Position numbers and translations under genes: made by a program. Positions 27,067-40,121 of a stretch of DNA of 64,000 bases are shown here, one piece after another (within the stretch, counting starts at the first letter, position 1; each line of letters starts with the position of its first letter). Under the pieces are notes generated by a model, which was given only the letters and a program-made list of their open reading frames with translations, made no database searches and was not told the DNA's origin. This stretch comes from Deferribacterales bacterium (GTDB taxonomy: Bacteria > Chrysiogenota > Deferribacteres > Deferribacterales > Geovibrionaceae), in contig JBFWJS010000001.1 in the NCBI GenBank assembly GCA_050253075.1, forward strand, positions 128,001 through 192,000, in the 5' to 3' direction.

Positions 27067-28614
27067 CTACTCCCATTCGATGGTTGCAGGTGGTTTAGAG
27101 CTGATATCGTAGGCAACTCTGTTTATACCGCGAACCTCGTTTATTATCCTGTTTGAGATGCGTCCGAGCACTTCATAAGGTATGTGTGCCCAGTCTGCCG
27201 TCATGCCGTCTGTGGACTCCACAGCACGTATGGCGACTGCATTCTCATATGTTCTGTTGTCACCCATGACACCGACAGTGTTTACAGGGAGCAGAACAGT
27301 GAAAGCCTGCCATATCTTACGATAGAGGCCTGCTTTATGCAGTTCCTCGAGGAAGATGGCATCCGCCTCACGGAGCACGTCGCAGCGCTCTTTTGTGATC
27401 TCGCCGAGAACCCTTACGCCGAGGCCTGGGCCCGGGAATGGGTGTCTCCATATGAAATGATCGGGGATACCGAGCTCTGCACCTACCTGACGGACTTCAT
27501 CTTTAAAAAGTTCACGCAGGGGCTCAAGGAGCTTAAATTTCATATCCTCAGGTAGACCGCCCACGTTGTGGTGGGTTTTGATGGTCGCAGAAGGACCTTT
27601 AAAAGAAACTGATTCTATAACGTCGGGATACAGTGTGCCCTGTGCGAGGAAGTCGAATTCGCCGAGTTTGGCGGACTCTTCTTCGAAAATACGGACAAAC
27701 ATGTTTCCGATTGCTTTACGTTTTTTCTCCGGATCTGTGACACCTTTGAGAACTTCGAGGAATTTATCTTCGGCATAAACAGCCACAAGGTTCAGGTCAA
27801 ACTTGCCGTGGAAGGCTTCCTCGACCTGCTTTCCCTCGTCTTTACGGAGGAGACCGTTATCCACGAAGACACATGTGAGCTGGTCGCCGATGGCTTTCTG
27901 GATGAGAACGGCAGCAACGGATGAATCCACTCCGCCTGAAAGCCCGAGGAGAACTCTCTTATCACCCACAAGCTCTCTGATGCGCTCGATCTCTGTCTCA
28001 ACGAAATTATGAGGTGTCCAGAGCTGTTCGCATCCGCATATCTTCACTACGAAGTTTTCGAGGATCTGCTTACCGTTTACGGTGTGGGCAACCTCAGGGT
28101 GGAACTGTATGGTGTATATAGGTCTTGTCTCGTGGCGCATAGCAGCCACGGGAGCGTTATCTGTTCTGGCGATCACTTTAAAGCCTTCGGGCATTTTATC
28201 CAGTCTGTCGCCGTGGCTCATCCACACGACAAAGCTCTCTTCGTCTATATCTGCGAAGAAGTCGTCGGATTTATCTGCGTAGAGCTCCGCACGGCCGTAT
28301 TCTCTGTGGTCTGCAGCAGCGACAACACCGCCGAAGTACATACCTGTGAGCTGGTGTCCGTAGCATATGCCGAGTACAGGCACGCCGAGCTCGTATACTT
28401 CGTTGGAAACCTTCGGAGCATCTTCATCATAAACAGATGAAGGACCGCCCGAGAGGATGATGCCTTTCGCGCCGTATTCTTTTATTTTTTCGAATTCCAC
28501 ATTACATGGGAAAATTTCGCAGTAGACATTCGCCTCACGGATACGTCTCGCTATGAGCTGTGTGTACTGTGAGCCGAAGTCGAGTATTAATACCTTCTGG
28601 CTGTGTATATCCAT
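27067..28614 (-). CDS. guaA: GMP synthase (glutamine-hydrolysing)
   Basis: [32 protein letters not shown]. Confidence 0.98.
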   Translation of the reverse strand: MDIHSQKVLILDFGSQYTQLIARRIREANVYCEIFPCNVEFEKIKEYGAKGIILSGGPSSVYDEDAPKVSNEVYELGVPVLGICYGHQLTGMYFGGVVAAADHREYGRAELYADKSDDFFADIDEESFVVWMSHGDRLDKMPEGFKVIARTDNAPVAAMRHETRPIYTIQFHPEVAHTVNGKQILENFVVKICGCEQLWTPHNFVETEIERIRELVGDKRVLLGLSGGVDSSVAAVLIQKAIGDQLTCVFVDNGLLRKDEGKQVEEAFHGKFDLNLVAVYAEDKFLEVLKGVTDPEKKRKAIGNMFVRIFEEESAKLGEFDFLAQGTLYPDVIESVSFKGPSATIKTHHNVGGLPEDMKFKLLEPLRELFKDEVRQVGAELGIPDHFIWRHPFPGPGLGVRVLGEITKERCDVLREADAIFLEELHKAGLYRKIWQAFTVLLPVNTVGVMGDNRTYENAVAIRAVESTDGMTADWAHIPYEVLGRISNRIINEVRGINRVAYDISSKPPATIEWE

Positions 28615-28630
28615 TTTTCGTTTATCCTTT

Positions 28631-28682
28631 CGTCACCAACGAGCCCAGAGACTGCTTCGTCATTTCAATCCTCGCAGTGACG
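28631..28682. repeat. Family B palindromic repeat (partial)
   Basis: CGTCA...GACTGCTTCGTC...CCTCGCAGTGACG. Confidence 0.7.
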
Positions 28683-28810
28683 TTATTTACATTTAAAGGA
28701 CAAGTATGTCCCTTGCGGAGCTAACATATATGCTCCATCAGCATCACAAAGTGATGCGTAAAAAGAGGAAGCACAAACAGCATTCTCAGCTGGTGCTATG
28801 CCTCAACCTG

Positions 28811-30448
<1,638 letters not shown>

Positions 30449-30494
30449 TCAAACTGATTCCAAAGAAACGAGCAGTACGCAGTTTACAGGAGGT

Positions 30495-31307
30495 CTAGTA
30501 GCCCCAGTCACGGCAATAGCGGAAATCACGCCCGATAGTCCTCTGGCTCACTTTCGCTATAACGGTTGTGCGTCTTTTGAACTGGTTTCTTCTTATCCTT
30601 TCGTACACGTTGTTTACGAAGTCTGGCTCGTAGCCTTCTTCGATAAGTTCGGCTGTGCGCATCCTTTCGTCAACCATTTTATAGAGGAGCTCGTCCGCCT
30701 GTTTATAGGTGAATCCGAGTTCCTGTTCGTCCGTCTGGCCTACCCAGAGGTCTGCCGTCGGCGGTTTCGCTATTACGGAGTGCGGCACGCCGAGATATTC
30801 GGAAAGCTCCCACACCTGTGTTTTGTAAAGGTCTCCGATAGGGTTCAGGGCACTGGCGAGGTCGCCGTACCATGTGCCGTATCCGAGTAGAAGCTCTGTC
30901 TTGTTGCTTGTACCGAGCACGAGCCCTGCGACCTTCGCAGACATGTCGAAGAGGCATATCATACGCTGGCGTGCCATCACATTCCCCATGCGGAGCTTGC
31001 TGATGTCTGGCTGCATTTCAAAGTACGGGTCGCACATGTTGGTTATCTCGATGACTTCAAAGTTCAGCTTAAAGGCATCGGCAACTTTTATGGCATCTTC
31101 CAATGATTCTTTGCTGGAGAGCTTGTAAGGCATGCAATATGCATAAACCCTGTCTCCGCCGAGAGCTTTCGCTGCGAGGGCAGCACTGAGTGCGGAGTCT
31201 ATACCGCCGGAGAGACCGAGGACGACATTTTTCAGTCCGATCTTTTCTGTCTCTTCCTTTATAAAGTTTGTGAGTATATCAAGTGTAAGGTCAAGGTTCA
31301 GCTTCAT
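30495..31307 (-). CDS. nadE: NAD+ synthetase (synthetase domain only)
   Basis: SGGIDS, GNVMAR, GTSNKTE, PPTADL, FKR. Confidence 0.95.
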   Translation of the reverse strand: MKLNLDLTLDILTNFIKEETEKIGLKNVVLGLSGGIDSALSAALAAKALGGDRVYAYCMPYKLSSKESLEDAIKVADAFKLNFEVIEITNMCDPYFEMQPDISKLRMGNVMARQRMICLFDMSAKVAGLVLGTSNKTELLLGYGTWYGDLASALNPIGDLYKTQVWELSEYLGVPHSVIAKPPTADLWVGQTDEQELGFTYKQADELLYKMVDERMRTAELIEEGYEPDFVNNVYERIRRNQFKRRTTVIAKVSQRTIGRDFRYCRDWGY

Positions 31308-31308
31308 G

Positions 31309-32136
31309 TTACTGCTCCCTTTCCAGATGTTTTTTTAATATATAGCTTTTTTCGTCACGGAGGAAAGGTGTCTCGATGCGTGCCCTGCGCACTGTCTTCA
31401 TGTTTATCTCGACGCATCCCCTGTCTTCTTTGAACATGGCGAGCCTTGCCAGCTTCTTGCCTCTGGCGTCGTATGCCTCGGAACCGCCCCAGAAAGATAC
31501 GCCGTCTTCGACGCCGACCCTGTTTGCGTATACGAGGTTTACGGTAAGTACGCCTGCGACATAGCTGTTTGATGTCTGCCAGACATTCGCCGCATCATGT
31601 CCTTCTTCAAGGTTGCCTCTGGCGGGGCTGTTGGAAAGTATCAGGATGTTCTGCACTCCCGACTGGGAGAGGATGTAAAGGGCACTCATGTGGAATGAAT
31701 CTTCGCAGATGAGTATGCCGAATTTACCGAACTCTGTGTCGAAAGCCTGAAAATCTTTCCCGGCGGCGAAGTATCGCCCCTCTTCGAAAAGAGTGTAGTC
31801 AGGCAGATAAACCTTGCGGTGGGTGTGCACTGTCCTGCCTCTGTGGAGGAAAGCTGCGGAGTTGAAAAAGCGTCTGTCCTCAGACTCTTCCACATATCCG
31901 AAGACTATCGCAATATCCTTCGACATTTCGAGGAACTGCTGATAGATAGGATGGCTCTGATCCATCGCCACTTCATACACGAGATCCAGCAGATAGTACC
32001 CTGTGAGCGAGAGCTCGGGGAACATAACGAGGTCACAGCCGCTTGCCACGGCCTCTTTTATAATCTCAAAGTGTTTCTCTGCATTCTTCTCTACATTGCC
32101 TAATATAGGGCTTGTCTGAGCAATGTGAACTTTCAT
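31309..32136 (-). CDS. Nitrilase-superfamily protein, probable glutaminase subunit of NAD synthetase
   Basis: [29 protein letters not shown]; 1 bp upstream of nadE. Confidence 0.85.
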   Translation of the reverse strand: MKVHIAQTSPILGNVEKNAEKHFEIIKEAVASGCDLVMFPELSLTGYYLLDLVYEVAMDQSHPIYQQFLEMSKDIAIVFGYVEESEDRRFFNSAAFLHRGRTVHTHRKVYLPDYTLFEEGRYFAAGKDFQAFDTEFGKFGILICEDSFHMSALYILSQSGVQNILILSNSPARGNLEEGHDAANVWQTSNSYVAGVLTVNLVYANRVGVEDGVSFWGGSEAYDARGKKLARLAMFKEDRGCVEINMKTVRRARIETPFLRDEKSYILKKHLEREQ

Positions 32137-32226
32137 AGGGTCAGCACCTTTTATATATTTAGCTATATTTTAAGCTAATTCATCGGATATTCCACCCGAT
32201 TCATGCGAAGCTAGAGTTTCGTGAGG

Positions 32227-32294
32227 GTTATTGCGAACCTTGTGAAGCAATCCTAGTTCTAAGATTGCCGCGTCGCAATGCTCCTCGCAATGAC
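32227..32294. repeat. Family B palindromic repeat
   Basis: GTTATTGCGA..GAAGCAATC...GATTGCCGCGTC..CTCGCAATGAC. Confidence 0.8.
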
Positions 32295-32321
32295 ATTTCC
32301 AGCCATGCTTCTTCCTGAAGC

Positions 32322-32804
32322 CTAGTCCTCTTGCCTTATGAATGTGCCTGACTTTCCGCCTGTTTTCTTCATCACACGGATGTCACCAATGACCATGTTC
32401 TTATCCACGGCTTTGCACATGTCGTATATGGTGAGACCGGCGACAGAGACGCCTGTGAGGGCTTCCATCTCTACGCCTGTCTTGCCTGCCATCTTAACTT
32501 TTACCTGAATATCTACTTTGGAATTTTCTTTGTCAGGGGTGAAATAGACATCCACGCCTGTTATCTGTAGCGGGTGACACATGGGGATGAGGTTATGTGT
32601 CTGTTTGACTGCCATGACGGCTGCCACGCGCGCCACTTCAAATACGTTGCGCCCCTTTGCCATCTTTCCGTCTATCAGCAGCTGCAGCGTTTCGGGCGCC
32701 ATGCTGATATAGCCTTCTGCAATCGCTTCTCGGACTGTCTCACCCTTTTCGGTGACGTCCACCATGCGGCTTCTCCCCTCTTCGTCAAAGTGTGTCAAAG
32801 GCAT
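32322..32804 (-). CDS. moaC: Cyclic pyranopterin monophosphate synthase
   Basis: LTHF, MVDV, LIPMCHP, TGVEMEAL, IYDMCKA. Confidence 0.97.
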   Translation of the reverse strand: MPLTHFDEEGRSRMVDVTEKGETVREAIAEGYISMAPETLQLLIDGKMAKGRNVFEVARVAAVMAVKQTHNLIPMCHPLQITGVDVYFTPDKENSKVDIQVKVKMAGKTGVEMEALTGVSVAGLTIYDMCKAVDKNMVIGDIRVMKKTGGKSGTFIRQED

Positions 32805-32825
32805 GTTACTCTCCTGCCGTTTTGG

Positions 32826-33581
32826 CTAATGCGGGTAGTCTACGAGCATCTCTTCGGGGCGTTTCTGGCTGTGTACATAGTCCCATATGCTCCCGGAGCC
32901 GCTCTTTATCTCATCTATGTTTGCGAAATTCTTATCAAGTATCAAAGTGTCGTAAGTCTCTGTACGCCCTCTGTATGTGCCGCCGACAAAGTCAGGCACG
33001 AGGATGGTTATCCTGTATTTGTTATAGGGCATCACGAGCATCTTCATATATATCAGCTCGATCAATTTCAGCATATCTTTCTGCAGCGGATTATCCTTCA
33101 GCGAAGGCACATGCTCGCCGTCTGCATTCACGGCACTGTAAAGGAGATAAACATCGTCACCCCTTTTAGCAGAGCTGAGGTAAAGGGCAGGTATAACCTT
33201 CTGTTTTTCGGCAAACCATGAAGACTGGACTGTGTCGTTGAACTGGTCGAGGAGTGTCTGTATATCTATCACGACCTTGCTTTCGGATTCGTTCCTCGTA
33301 ACATTCTCGCTGAATGAGACATACTTAGCATACACCCATGCAGCCGATTTGTTAAAAAGACGGATATGAAGCCAGTCCCCGTCCTGCTTTATTATTAATA
33401 CTTTTGAGTTTTTACTGAGTCTGGCCACAGCCTTACTGTCGAAAGAAGGCTCTTCATAGGCAAAGGTCTGGGTCACTGAAACATTCCCCATAACCTCGAC
33501 GATGTCTTCGAAATCGTCTTCTGCCAATGCGTTCACGGCAAAAAGTAATATAAGAGTTAATACCAGCAGTCTTTTAAACAT
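32826..33581 (-). CDS. Exported SH3-domain protein
   Basis: Signal peptide; EPSFDS..V..QDGDWLHI...AWV bacterial SH3 pattern. Confidence 0.7.
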   Translation of the reverse strand: MFKRLLVLTLILLFAVNALAEDDFEDIVEVMGNVSVTQTFAYEEPSFDSKAVARLSKNSKVLIIKQDGDWLHIRLFNKSAAWVYAKYVSFSENVTRNESESKVVIDIQTLLDQFNDTVQSSWFAEKQKVIPALYLSSAKRGDDVYLLYSAVNADGEHVPSLKDNPLQKDMLKLIELIYMKMLVMPYNKYRITILVPDFVGGTYRGRTETYDTLILDKNFANIDEIKSGSGSIWDYVHSQKRPEEMLVDYPH

Positions 33582-34665
33582 TGAACCTAAAGTAGATTAT
33601 GTCTCCGTCCTGAACGATGTATTCTTTCCCTTCAAGCCTCATCTTACCGAGTTCCTTTGCTTTTGTCAGGGACTTTATCTCTTCGAAATCTGCGTATCCG
33701 ACAGTCTCCGCACGGATGAATCCACGCTCGATGTCAGAGTGTATCTTACCTGCTGCTTTCGCCGCAGTTGTACCTTTTGTAATGGTCCAAGCACGAACCT
33801 CTTTCTCGCCCGCTGTGAAGAATGTGATGAGCTCGAGCAGTTTATACCCCTGCTCTGTCATCTCTGCCAGACCTGACTTTTCCAGTCCGAGGTCTGCGAG
33901 GAATTCCCTCGCTTCTTCCTCTTCCAGCTCAGAGATCTCCTGCTCTATCTTTCCGCATATTTTAACGCAGACAGCGCCCTCTTTTGCGGCGTATTCACGT
34001 ACTTTTTTAGCGTAATCGTTATCTTCGAGGAGGTCTTCTTCCTCTACGTTCATAACGTACATCACAGGCTTTGCAGTGATGAACTGGTATTCGTACAGGT
34101 CTTTCACTATATCTTCATAGCCTTTGATCTCACGGATGAGTTTTCCCTCACCCACAGGTCCCTGAAGCTGTGTAAGCAGTTCGAGTTTTTTTATCTGCTC
34201 TTTATCGCCCCCTTTGGACGATTTCTTCAGACGCTCTACGGCACGGTCTATTATCTCCATGTCGCTGAGGAGCAGCTCTGTGTTGATGATCTCTATGTCA
34301 CGGATAGGGTCTACGGAGCCTTCGACGTGTGTAACTTCACCGTCGAAGCAGCGGACAACGTGTGCAACAGCGTCTACCTGACGGATGTTTGTCAGGAACT
34401 GGTTGCCGAGTCCTTCGCCTTTACTGGCGCCTTTTACAAGCCCTGCGATATCCACGAACTCTATTGTGGTGCGAACTACTGATTTTGGTTTTACATATTG
34501 GATGATGAAGTCCTGTCTGTCGTCCAGAACAGGTACGATGCCCGTGTTCGGGTCGATAGTACAGAAAGGATAGTTTGCACTGGCGGCTCCCGCCTTTGTA
34601 AGTGCGTTGAATATTGTGGATTTACCGACGTTTGGAAGCCCCACTATACCGCAGTTGAATCCCAT
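33574..34665 (-). CDS. ychF: Ribosome-binding ATPase YchF
   Basis: GLPNVGKS, NYPFCT, DIAGL, TGS domain. Confidence 0.98.
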   Translation of the reverse strand: MGFNCGIVGLPNVGKSTIFNALTKAGAASANYPFCTIDPNTGIVPVLDDRQDFIIQYVKPKSVVRTTIEFVDIAGLVKGASKGEGLGNQFLTNIRQVDAVAHVVRCFDGEVTHVEGSVDPIRDIEIINTELLLSDMEIIDRAVERLKKSSKGGDKEQIKKLELLTQLQGPVGEGKLIREIKGYEDIVKDLYEYQFITAKPVMYVMNVEEEDLLEDNDYAKKVREYAAKEGAVCVKICGKIEQEISELEEEEAREFLADLGLEKSGLAEMTEQGYKLLELITFFTAGEKEVRAWTITKGTTAAKAAGKIHSDIERGFIRAETVGYADFEEIKSLTKAKELGKMRLEGKEYIVQDGDIIYFRFNV

Positions 34666-34760
34666 TTATGATGTCTCCGTTGTTTCAGAATTTTATGTTA
34701 GGGTACTCTACAGAAAAACATACCGTTTTTCCAGAGAAATGTACCATTTCAAAACACAAA

Positions 34761-34881
34761 AGACTAACTAGAAGCAAGCAGTACAAAGAAGATTTTATCT
34801 GACGAAGGCGAGCATACATACTAGTATGTGAGCCAAGCAGATGAAATCAGCATGAAGTAATGCGCGGCTTATAGATAGTCT
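34761..34881. repeat. ~121-bp palindromic element (RPE/MITE-like)
   Basis: AGACTA...TAGTCT ends; central CATAC-ATACTA-GTATG hairpin followed by TGAG. Confidence 0.55.
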
Positions 34882-34882
34882 T

Positions 34883-34911
34883 AAAAAAAAGGCGGTCATT
34901 TCTGACCGCCT
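34883..34911 (-). terminator. Intrinsic terminator after hppA
   Basis: AGGCGGTCA-GAAA-TGACCGCCT followed by a T run on the minus strand. Confidence 0.85.
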
Positions 34912-34932
34912 GTTACTTTCGTTAATCTGCTC

Positions 34933-36966
34933 TTATATTATAAGAGGAGCGATGATAAGAGATACAATGGACATCAGCTTGATGAGAATGTTCATCGCCG
35001 GGCCTGATGTATCTTTGAATGGGTCACCTACAGTGTCGCCTGTAACAGTAGCTTTGTGCTGGTCAGAGCCTTTACCTGCACTGCCCCAGTCGCCTTTCTC
35101 TACAGCTTTTTTAGCATTGTCCCATGCACCGCCGGCGTTAGCCATAAGGAGCGCAAGAAGAACACCTGTAACTGTAGCACCTGCAAGCATACCGCCGAGA
35201 GCTTCTTTACCGAGAAGGAAGCCTACGACAACAGGAGCAAGAACTGCGATAACACCAGGAAGGATCATTTCTTTAAGTGCAGCACCTGTAGAGATATCCA
35301 CACATGTCTTAGGATCCGGCTTAGCGCCTGGCTTGCCTTCGAGAAGACCCGGGATCTCACGGAACTGACGACGAATCTCTTCAACCATCTGCTCAGCAGC
35401 CTTACCAACGGATGTCATTGTAAGAGCGCCTACGAGGAATGGGAGGAAACCGCCTATGAAAAGACCGATAACAACAGTAGGAGTTGTTATGTCGATTGTT
35501 GTAACTTTAGCACTGGAGCTGTAAGCAGCGAAAAGTGCAAGAGCTGTAAGAGCAGCAGAACCGATAGCGAAACCTTTACCGACAGCAGCAGTAGTGTTAC
35601 CGATTGCGTCGAGGTTGTCTGTGATCTTACGAACATCAGGGCCGAGTTCAGCCATTTCAGAGATACCGCCTGCGTTGTCAGCAATAGGTCCGTATGCGTC
35701 AACAGTCATTGTAACACCGACTGTAGCAAGCATACCGACAGCAGCGATACCGATACCGTAGAGACCTGCTGTGTAGTTAGCTACATAGATACCCACACAG
35801 ATGAGTATGATAGGAGCAACAACAGACTCGAGACCAACAGCGAAACCTGTGATGATGTTTGTAGCCGGTCCGGTTACGGATGCTTCAACGATTCTCTTAA
35901 CAGGGCCTGCAGCAGTGTAGTACTCTGTTACGAGACCTACAAGGATACCTACGAAACAACCTGCAAGAAGTGCCCAGAAAACGCCTGAAGTAACGCCTAC
36001 GGATGTGATAACAAAGTAAGCGGCAACAAGGAAAAGTCCGGCACCGATATATGTAGAGTTACGCAGAGCAGCAGCAGGCTCGGAGTTCTTCAGGAGCTTC
36101 ATAGAGAAAACACCGATGATAGAAGAAACAAGACCTACAACAGCGAGGAATACAGGGAGGAACATAAGTGTTCCTGTGAATCCCGGTGTAGGAATGCCTG
36201 TTGCAGAGAGCTTCGCCAGAAGCATAGGAGAAGCTGTAGCTGCGATTGTAAGTGTAGCGATGATAGAACCAACGTATGATTCGAAGATGTCCGCACCCAT
36301 ACCTGCGATGTCACCAACGTTGTCACCAACGTTATCAGCGATAACACCGGGGTTTCTAGGGTCGTCTTCAGGAATACCTGCTTCTACTTTACCGACAAGG
36401 TCAGCACCAACGTCAGCAGCTTTTGTATAGATACCGCCGCCCACTCTTGCGAAAAGAGCGATAGAGGAAGCACCCATTGCGAATCCGTTGATGTATTTAG
36501 CTGTTTCAGGCTTGCCGAAGATGATGAAAAGTACACCGACTCCGAGAAGACCAAGTGAAGCAACAGCAAGACCCATAACCGCACCACCGTTATAAGAAAC
36601 GGAGAGAGCAGCAGCAAGTCCGCCTGTTCTGGCAGCTTCGGATGTTCTAACGTTAGCTCTTGTAGCTGACTTCATACCGAAGAAACCTGCAAGGATAGAG
36701 CATATAGCACCACCAAGGAAAGAAAGTGCTGTGTATAAACCAAGGTCCTTTGCAAAAAACATAAGTACGAAAACTATAGCTATAAATACTGCAAGAACTT
36801 TGTACTCACGGCCGAGGAAGGCCATAGCACCGTCGTGAATCTGGTCTGAGATCTCTCTCATTTTCTCGCTGCCGACGGGCTGCTTTACAACGCCAGTGTA
36901 GATAACAAAGGCGATAGCAAGTCCGATCACACCAAGCACAGGCGCGAGATAAGACAAGTTAGTCAT
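34933..36966 (-). CDS. hppA: Membrane-bound pyrophosphatase, K+-dependent (likely Na+-translocating)
   Basis: [26 protein letters not shown] (Ala = K+-dependent), [10 protein letters not shown]. Confidence 0.95.
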   Translation of the reverse strand: MTNLSYLAPVLGVIGLAIAFVIYTGVVKQPVGSEKMREISDQIHDGAMAFLGREYKVLAVFIAIVFVLMFFAKDLGLYTALSFLGGAICSILAGFFGMKSATRANVRTSEAARTGGLAAALSVSYNGGAVMGLAVASLGLLGVGVLFIIFGKPETAKYINGFAMGASSIALFARVGGGIYTKAADVGADLVGKVEAGIPEDDPRNPGVIADNVGDNVGDIAGMGADIFESYVGSIIATLTIAATASPMLLAKLSATGIPTPGFTGTLMFLPVFLAVVGLVSSIIGVFSMKLLKNSEPAAALRNSTYIGAGLFLVAAYFVITSVGVTSGVFWALLAGCFVGILVGLVTEYYTAAGPVKRIVEASVTGPATNIITGFAVGLESVVAPIILICVGIYVANYTAGLYGIGIAAVGMLATVGVTMTVDAYGPIADNAGGISEMAELGPDVRKITDNLDAIGNTTAAVGKGFAIGSAALTALALFAAYSSSAKVTTIDITTPTVVIGLFIGGFLPFLVGALTMTSVGKAAEQMVEEIRRQFREIPGLLEGKPGAKPDPKTCVDISTGAALKEMILPGVIAVLAPVVVGFLLGKEALGGMLAGATVTGVLLALLMANAGGAWDNAKKAVEKGDWGSAGKGSDQHKATVTGDTVGDPFKDTSGPAMNILIKLMSIVSLIIAPLII

Positions 36967-37020
36967 TATAAATTCCTCCTATGGAAACTTTTATCATTAA
37001 GCATTCGGGAAAAAGCAGAT

Positions 37021-37083
37021 GTCATTCTGAACATAGTGAAGAATCTGCAAAAACATTTCCTTCGCAAAAAAGCTCAGTATGAC
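37021..37083. repeat. Family A palindromic repeat
   Basis: GTCATTCTGAAC..GTGAAGAATCTG...TCCTTCGC..CTCAGTATGAC. Confidence 0.8.
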
Positions 37084-37089
37084 CAAACC

Positions 37090-37704
37090 TTATTCCGACT
37101 GCTCGTTTTCTCCATCTTTCTGCGGAGCCTTTTCGGGCTCTTTCGGGGTCTTTTTACTATTAAAGGAGTTCATCGCAGGACGCACCCCTTCATTAATACA
37201 GCAAACTACAGCTTTTACACCAATATCGATGAATTCGTCAAGTTTTTCAGCCTCTTCGGGTGAAAATTTTCCTAAAACATGCCCAACGGTGTCTCTGAGT
37301 CCGTCTTTGCCTATCCCCATCTTCAGCCTGACAAAATCTTTATCGCCAAGCATCTGTATCATAGAGCGTATGCCCTTATGACCGCCGTCGTTTCCGCCCT
37401 TTTTCAGCTTCATCCTGCCGAACTCTATGTCCATCTCGTCGTGAACGGCGATGATGTCCTCAACGTCTATTTTATAATAGGCGGCGAGCGGCTGTACGGA
37501 TTCACCCGACAGGTTCATATAAGTAAATGGTTTGAGAATATAATGTTTCTCGCCGTTTAAGAAGAACTCCGCATAGATACCCTTAAAGCCTTCTTTAAAG
37601 GATGCGGAATACTCATAGGCGAGCCTGTCTGCAACCATAAACCCCAGATTGTGCCTTGTCCGGTCGTATTTCTCGCCCGGGTTTCCAAGACCGACGATCA
37701 GCAC
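37090..37704 (-). CDS. pth: Peptidyl-tRNA hydrolase
   Basis: VGLGNPG, TRHN, YMNLSG, GGHKG. Confidence 0.97.
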   Translation of the reverse strand: MLIVGLGNPGEKYDRTRHNLGFMVADRLAYEYSASFKEGFKGIYAEFFLNGEKHYILKPFTYMNLSGESVQPLAAYYKIDVEDIIAVHDEMDIEFGRMKLKKGGNDGGHKGIRSMIQMLGDKDFVRLKMGIGKDGLRDTVGHVLGKFSPEEAEKLDEFIDIGVKAVVCCINEGVRPAMNSFNSKKTPKEPEKAPQKDGENEQSE

Positions 37705-37707
37705 TTC

Positions 37708-38655
37708 TTAAACGTGACCTTTTACGAAGAGTGAGCTGATGGACTCTTTCTGGTATATCCTTGTGATAGCTTCGGCAAAGAGAGGAGCTACGGAAAGCAC
37801 CTTGATCTTGCTTACTTCGCTTTCAAAAGGGATAGAGTCTGTCACGATCACCTCTTTCAGAGGGGATTCAAGGATGCGCTCGATAGCAGGGCCGGAAAGA
37901 ACACCGTGCGCAGCACAGGCATAAACCTCAAGTGCGCCGTGGTCTATACAGGCTTTGGCAGCCTGTGTCAGGGTTCCTGCCGTATCTATCATGTCATCGA
38001 TAAGGATGACTTTTTTATCTTTTACATCACCGATAACGTGCATAGCCTGTGCGACATTGGCTTTCTCACGTCTTTTATCCACGATGGCGAGTGTTGTATC
38101 GAGGAGCTTGCTGTATGCTCTGGCTCTTGCCACACCGCCTGCATCAGGGGAAACAACTACGAATTCCTCGCCGAACATTCCCTTCTCTCTGAAGTAAACT
38201 TCGAAAACAGGTGAAGAGTAAAGGTTGTCCACAGGGATATCAAAGAAGCCCTGAATCTGTCCTGCGTGGAGGTTCATAGTAACTACTCTGTCTATACCCG
38301 ACTCTGTGAGCAGGTTAGCAACGAGCTTCGCCGTGATAGGCACTCGTGGTTCGCTTGTCCTGTCCTGACGTGCATAGCCGAAGTAAGGCATGATGGCTGT
38401 CACGCTGTTTGCAGATGCTCTTTTAAGGGCGTCTGTCATGATCATCATCTCGATGAGATGCTCTTCTGCAGGAGCACATGTAGACTGGATAAGGAAGACA
38501 TCGCGTCCCCTAACACTCTCATTGATACGAACGAAGATCTCTCCGTCGCTGAATTTACGCACATCTGCGTCTCCGAGTCTCATGCCAAGCTTTGAGACTA
38601 TGTTCTGTGCAAGTTTTTTGTTAGAGGTCCCTGCGAACACAAGATAATCCATCAC
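37708..38655 (-). CDS. prs: Ribose-phosphate pyrophosphokinase
   Basis: FSDGE, YARQDR, SPDAGG, DDMIDTAGT. Confidence 0.98.
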   Translation of the reverse strand: MMDYLVFAGTSNKKLAQNIVSKLGMRLGDADVRKFSDGEIFVRINESVRGRDVFLIQSTCAPAEEHLIEMMIMTDALKRASANSVTAIMPYFGYARQDRTSEPRVPITAKLVANLLTESGIDRVVTMNLHAGQIQGFFDIPVDNLYSSPVFEVYFREKGMFGEEFVVVSPDAGGVARARAYSKLLDTTLAIVDKRREKANVAQAMHVIGDVKDKKVILIDDMIDTAGTLTQAAKACIDHGALEVYACAAHGVLSGPAIERILESPLKEVIVTDSIPFESEVSKIKVLSVAPLFAEAITRIYQKESISSLFVKGHV

Positions 38656-38667
38656 ATACTCCTGTTG

Positions 38668-39513
38668 TTATTGTATTAATTCTGTTTTGTACACGCCCCA
38701 AGCAGGGTGTGTCTTATTTATTTTTTCTGCGGCGTGGTCTGCCGCCTCGTCATCTCTGAAAATGCCGAAAACAGTGGCTCCGCTTCCGCTCATAAGGGAA
38801 AAGTCGGCCCCCGCGTCCAAAAGCGCGTCCTTCGCCTCCTTCACGACGGGGTAAAGCTGAAAGACAGCCTCTTCCATCCCGTTGAAAAGGATTTCGCCAT
38901 ATTCATTGTAGTCTGATATGTGGCGCATTCTATTAACTTCTGTACTGTCAGTCAACGTTAAATTTCCCGATGTAAATATCTGCCCCGTAGGCACATGCAC
39001 AGAGGGATTCACAAGGAGCACCCTGCACTCGGGTAAAGCTCCGTACGGAGTGAGTATCTCGCCACGCCCCCTGCCGACCATAGGCTCGTCATGCAGAAAG
39101 AACGCAGTGTCCGAGCCGACCCTTGCCATGATGTCTGTCATGGTATGCATATCCATCTCAATCCCTGTCAGCTCGCAGACACCTTTAAGGTACGCAGCGG
39201 CATTACCGCTCCCCCCTCCGAGTCCGCCCCCGTCGGGGATGTTCTTTATCAGCTCTATTTCAAAGTTCTCTCCCACGCCGTATTCCGTGCGTAGTATATT
39301 GTGTACTTTATTTATGATGTTGCTGTCGTCTGTGGGGATGCCTGCCTTGTCGCAGATTATTTTCTGCTCGGCAGATTTCTTTATGTGCAGAGTATCATGT
39401 ATGGATATTTTCGCAAAAAGAGTGAAGAGCTCGTGGAAGCCGTCTGACCGCTTCCCGAGTATATGGAGGAAGATGTTTATCTTTCCGTAGCTTTTCAGGC
39501 TGAGCTCGTTCAT
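38668..39513 (-). CDS. ispE: CDP-ME kinase
   Basis: KINIFL, GGGLGGGSGNAA, MSGSG. Confidence 0.95.
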   Translation of the reverse strand: MNELSLKSYGKINIFLHILGKRSDGFHELFTLFAKISIHDTLHIKKSAEQKIICDKAGIPTDDSNIINKVHNILRTEYGVGENFEIELIKNIPDGGGLGGGSGNAAAYLKGVCELTGIEMDMHTMTDIMARVGSDTAFFLHDEPMVGRGRGEILTPYGALPECRVLLVNPSVHVPTGQIFTSGNLTLTDSTEVNRMRHISDYNEYGEILFNGMEEAVFQLYPVVKEAKDALLDAGADFSLMSGSGATVFGIFRDDEAADHAAEKINKTHPAWGVYKTELIQ

Positions 39514-40121
39514 CGGAGCTTTATCTCCAGCGTCATGCCGTCGCCCGTGTATGTCAGTCCGTTAAGTGTGTCTTCCTCATAGCTGTATGCAAAGGATTCT
39601 TCGCCGAAGCTGATCCTGCGTATGAGGTAATCCGCCCCCGCAGCAACAGTCACCAAGCCCTTCGTCAGGATGAATTCGTCGCCGACAGCCTTCTTTTTAA
39701 AGCTGTTGTCCACCTTTACATGGGGGTATCTGATTAGGGATATCATGCTGTCCAGCCCTTTGGAGCGCATGAAGTAGGCTATCTCGAGGCTGACGTCCTC
39801 GTCTTTTTTAAACGCCTGAACCTCGCCGTCCATATATGTGACGTCGTAGGCAACAGTATTAAAAAGTCCGAGTATCTTAAGTTTGAAATTATCAGAACAG
39901 TCTTTGTCCAGATATCCTTTAAAGCGGACATCGTCTTCGCCCTTTTGGTAAACGACGCTCACACGCCCTTTATAGGAGCATGTCGCCTCATTTTTTGCGG
40001 ATATCTTCTGAGCGAGGTCGTCGGGAACATACATGATGACCCCTTTGGGAGTACAGGCACTGAGCACAAGGAGTGCGGCAGTCAGGAATATATATAGGCT
40101 ATTTCGCCTGAATGAAGTCAT
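39510..40121 (-). CDS. Lipoprotein, LolB-like by position and beta-rich pattern
   Basis: Lipobox LSAC; lies between a TPR gene and ispE, as lolB does in Proteobacteria. Confidence 0.6.
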   Translation of the reverse strand: MTSFRRNSLYIFLTAALLVLSACTPKGVIMYVPDDLAQKISAKNEATCSYKGRVSVVYQKGEDDVRFKGYLDKDCSDNFKLKILGLFNTVAYDVTYMDGEVQAFKKDEDVSLEIAYFMRSKGLDSMISLIRYPHVKVDNSFKKKAVGDEFILTKGLVTVAAGADYLIRRISFGEESFAYSYEEDTLNGLTYTGDGMTLEIKLR

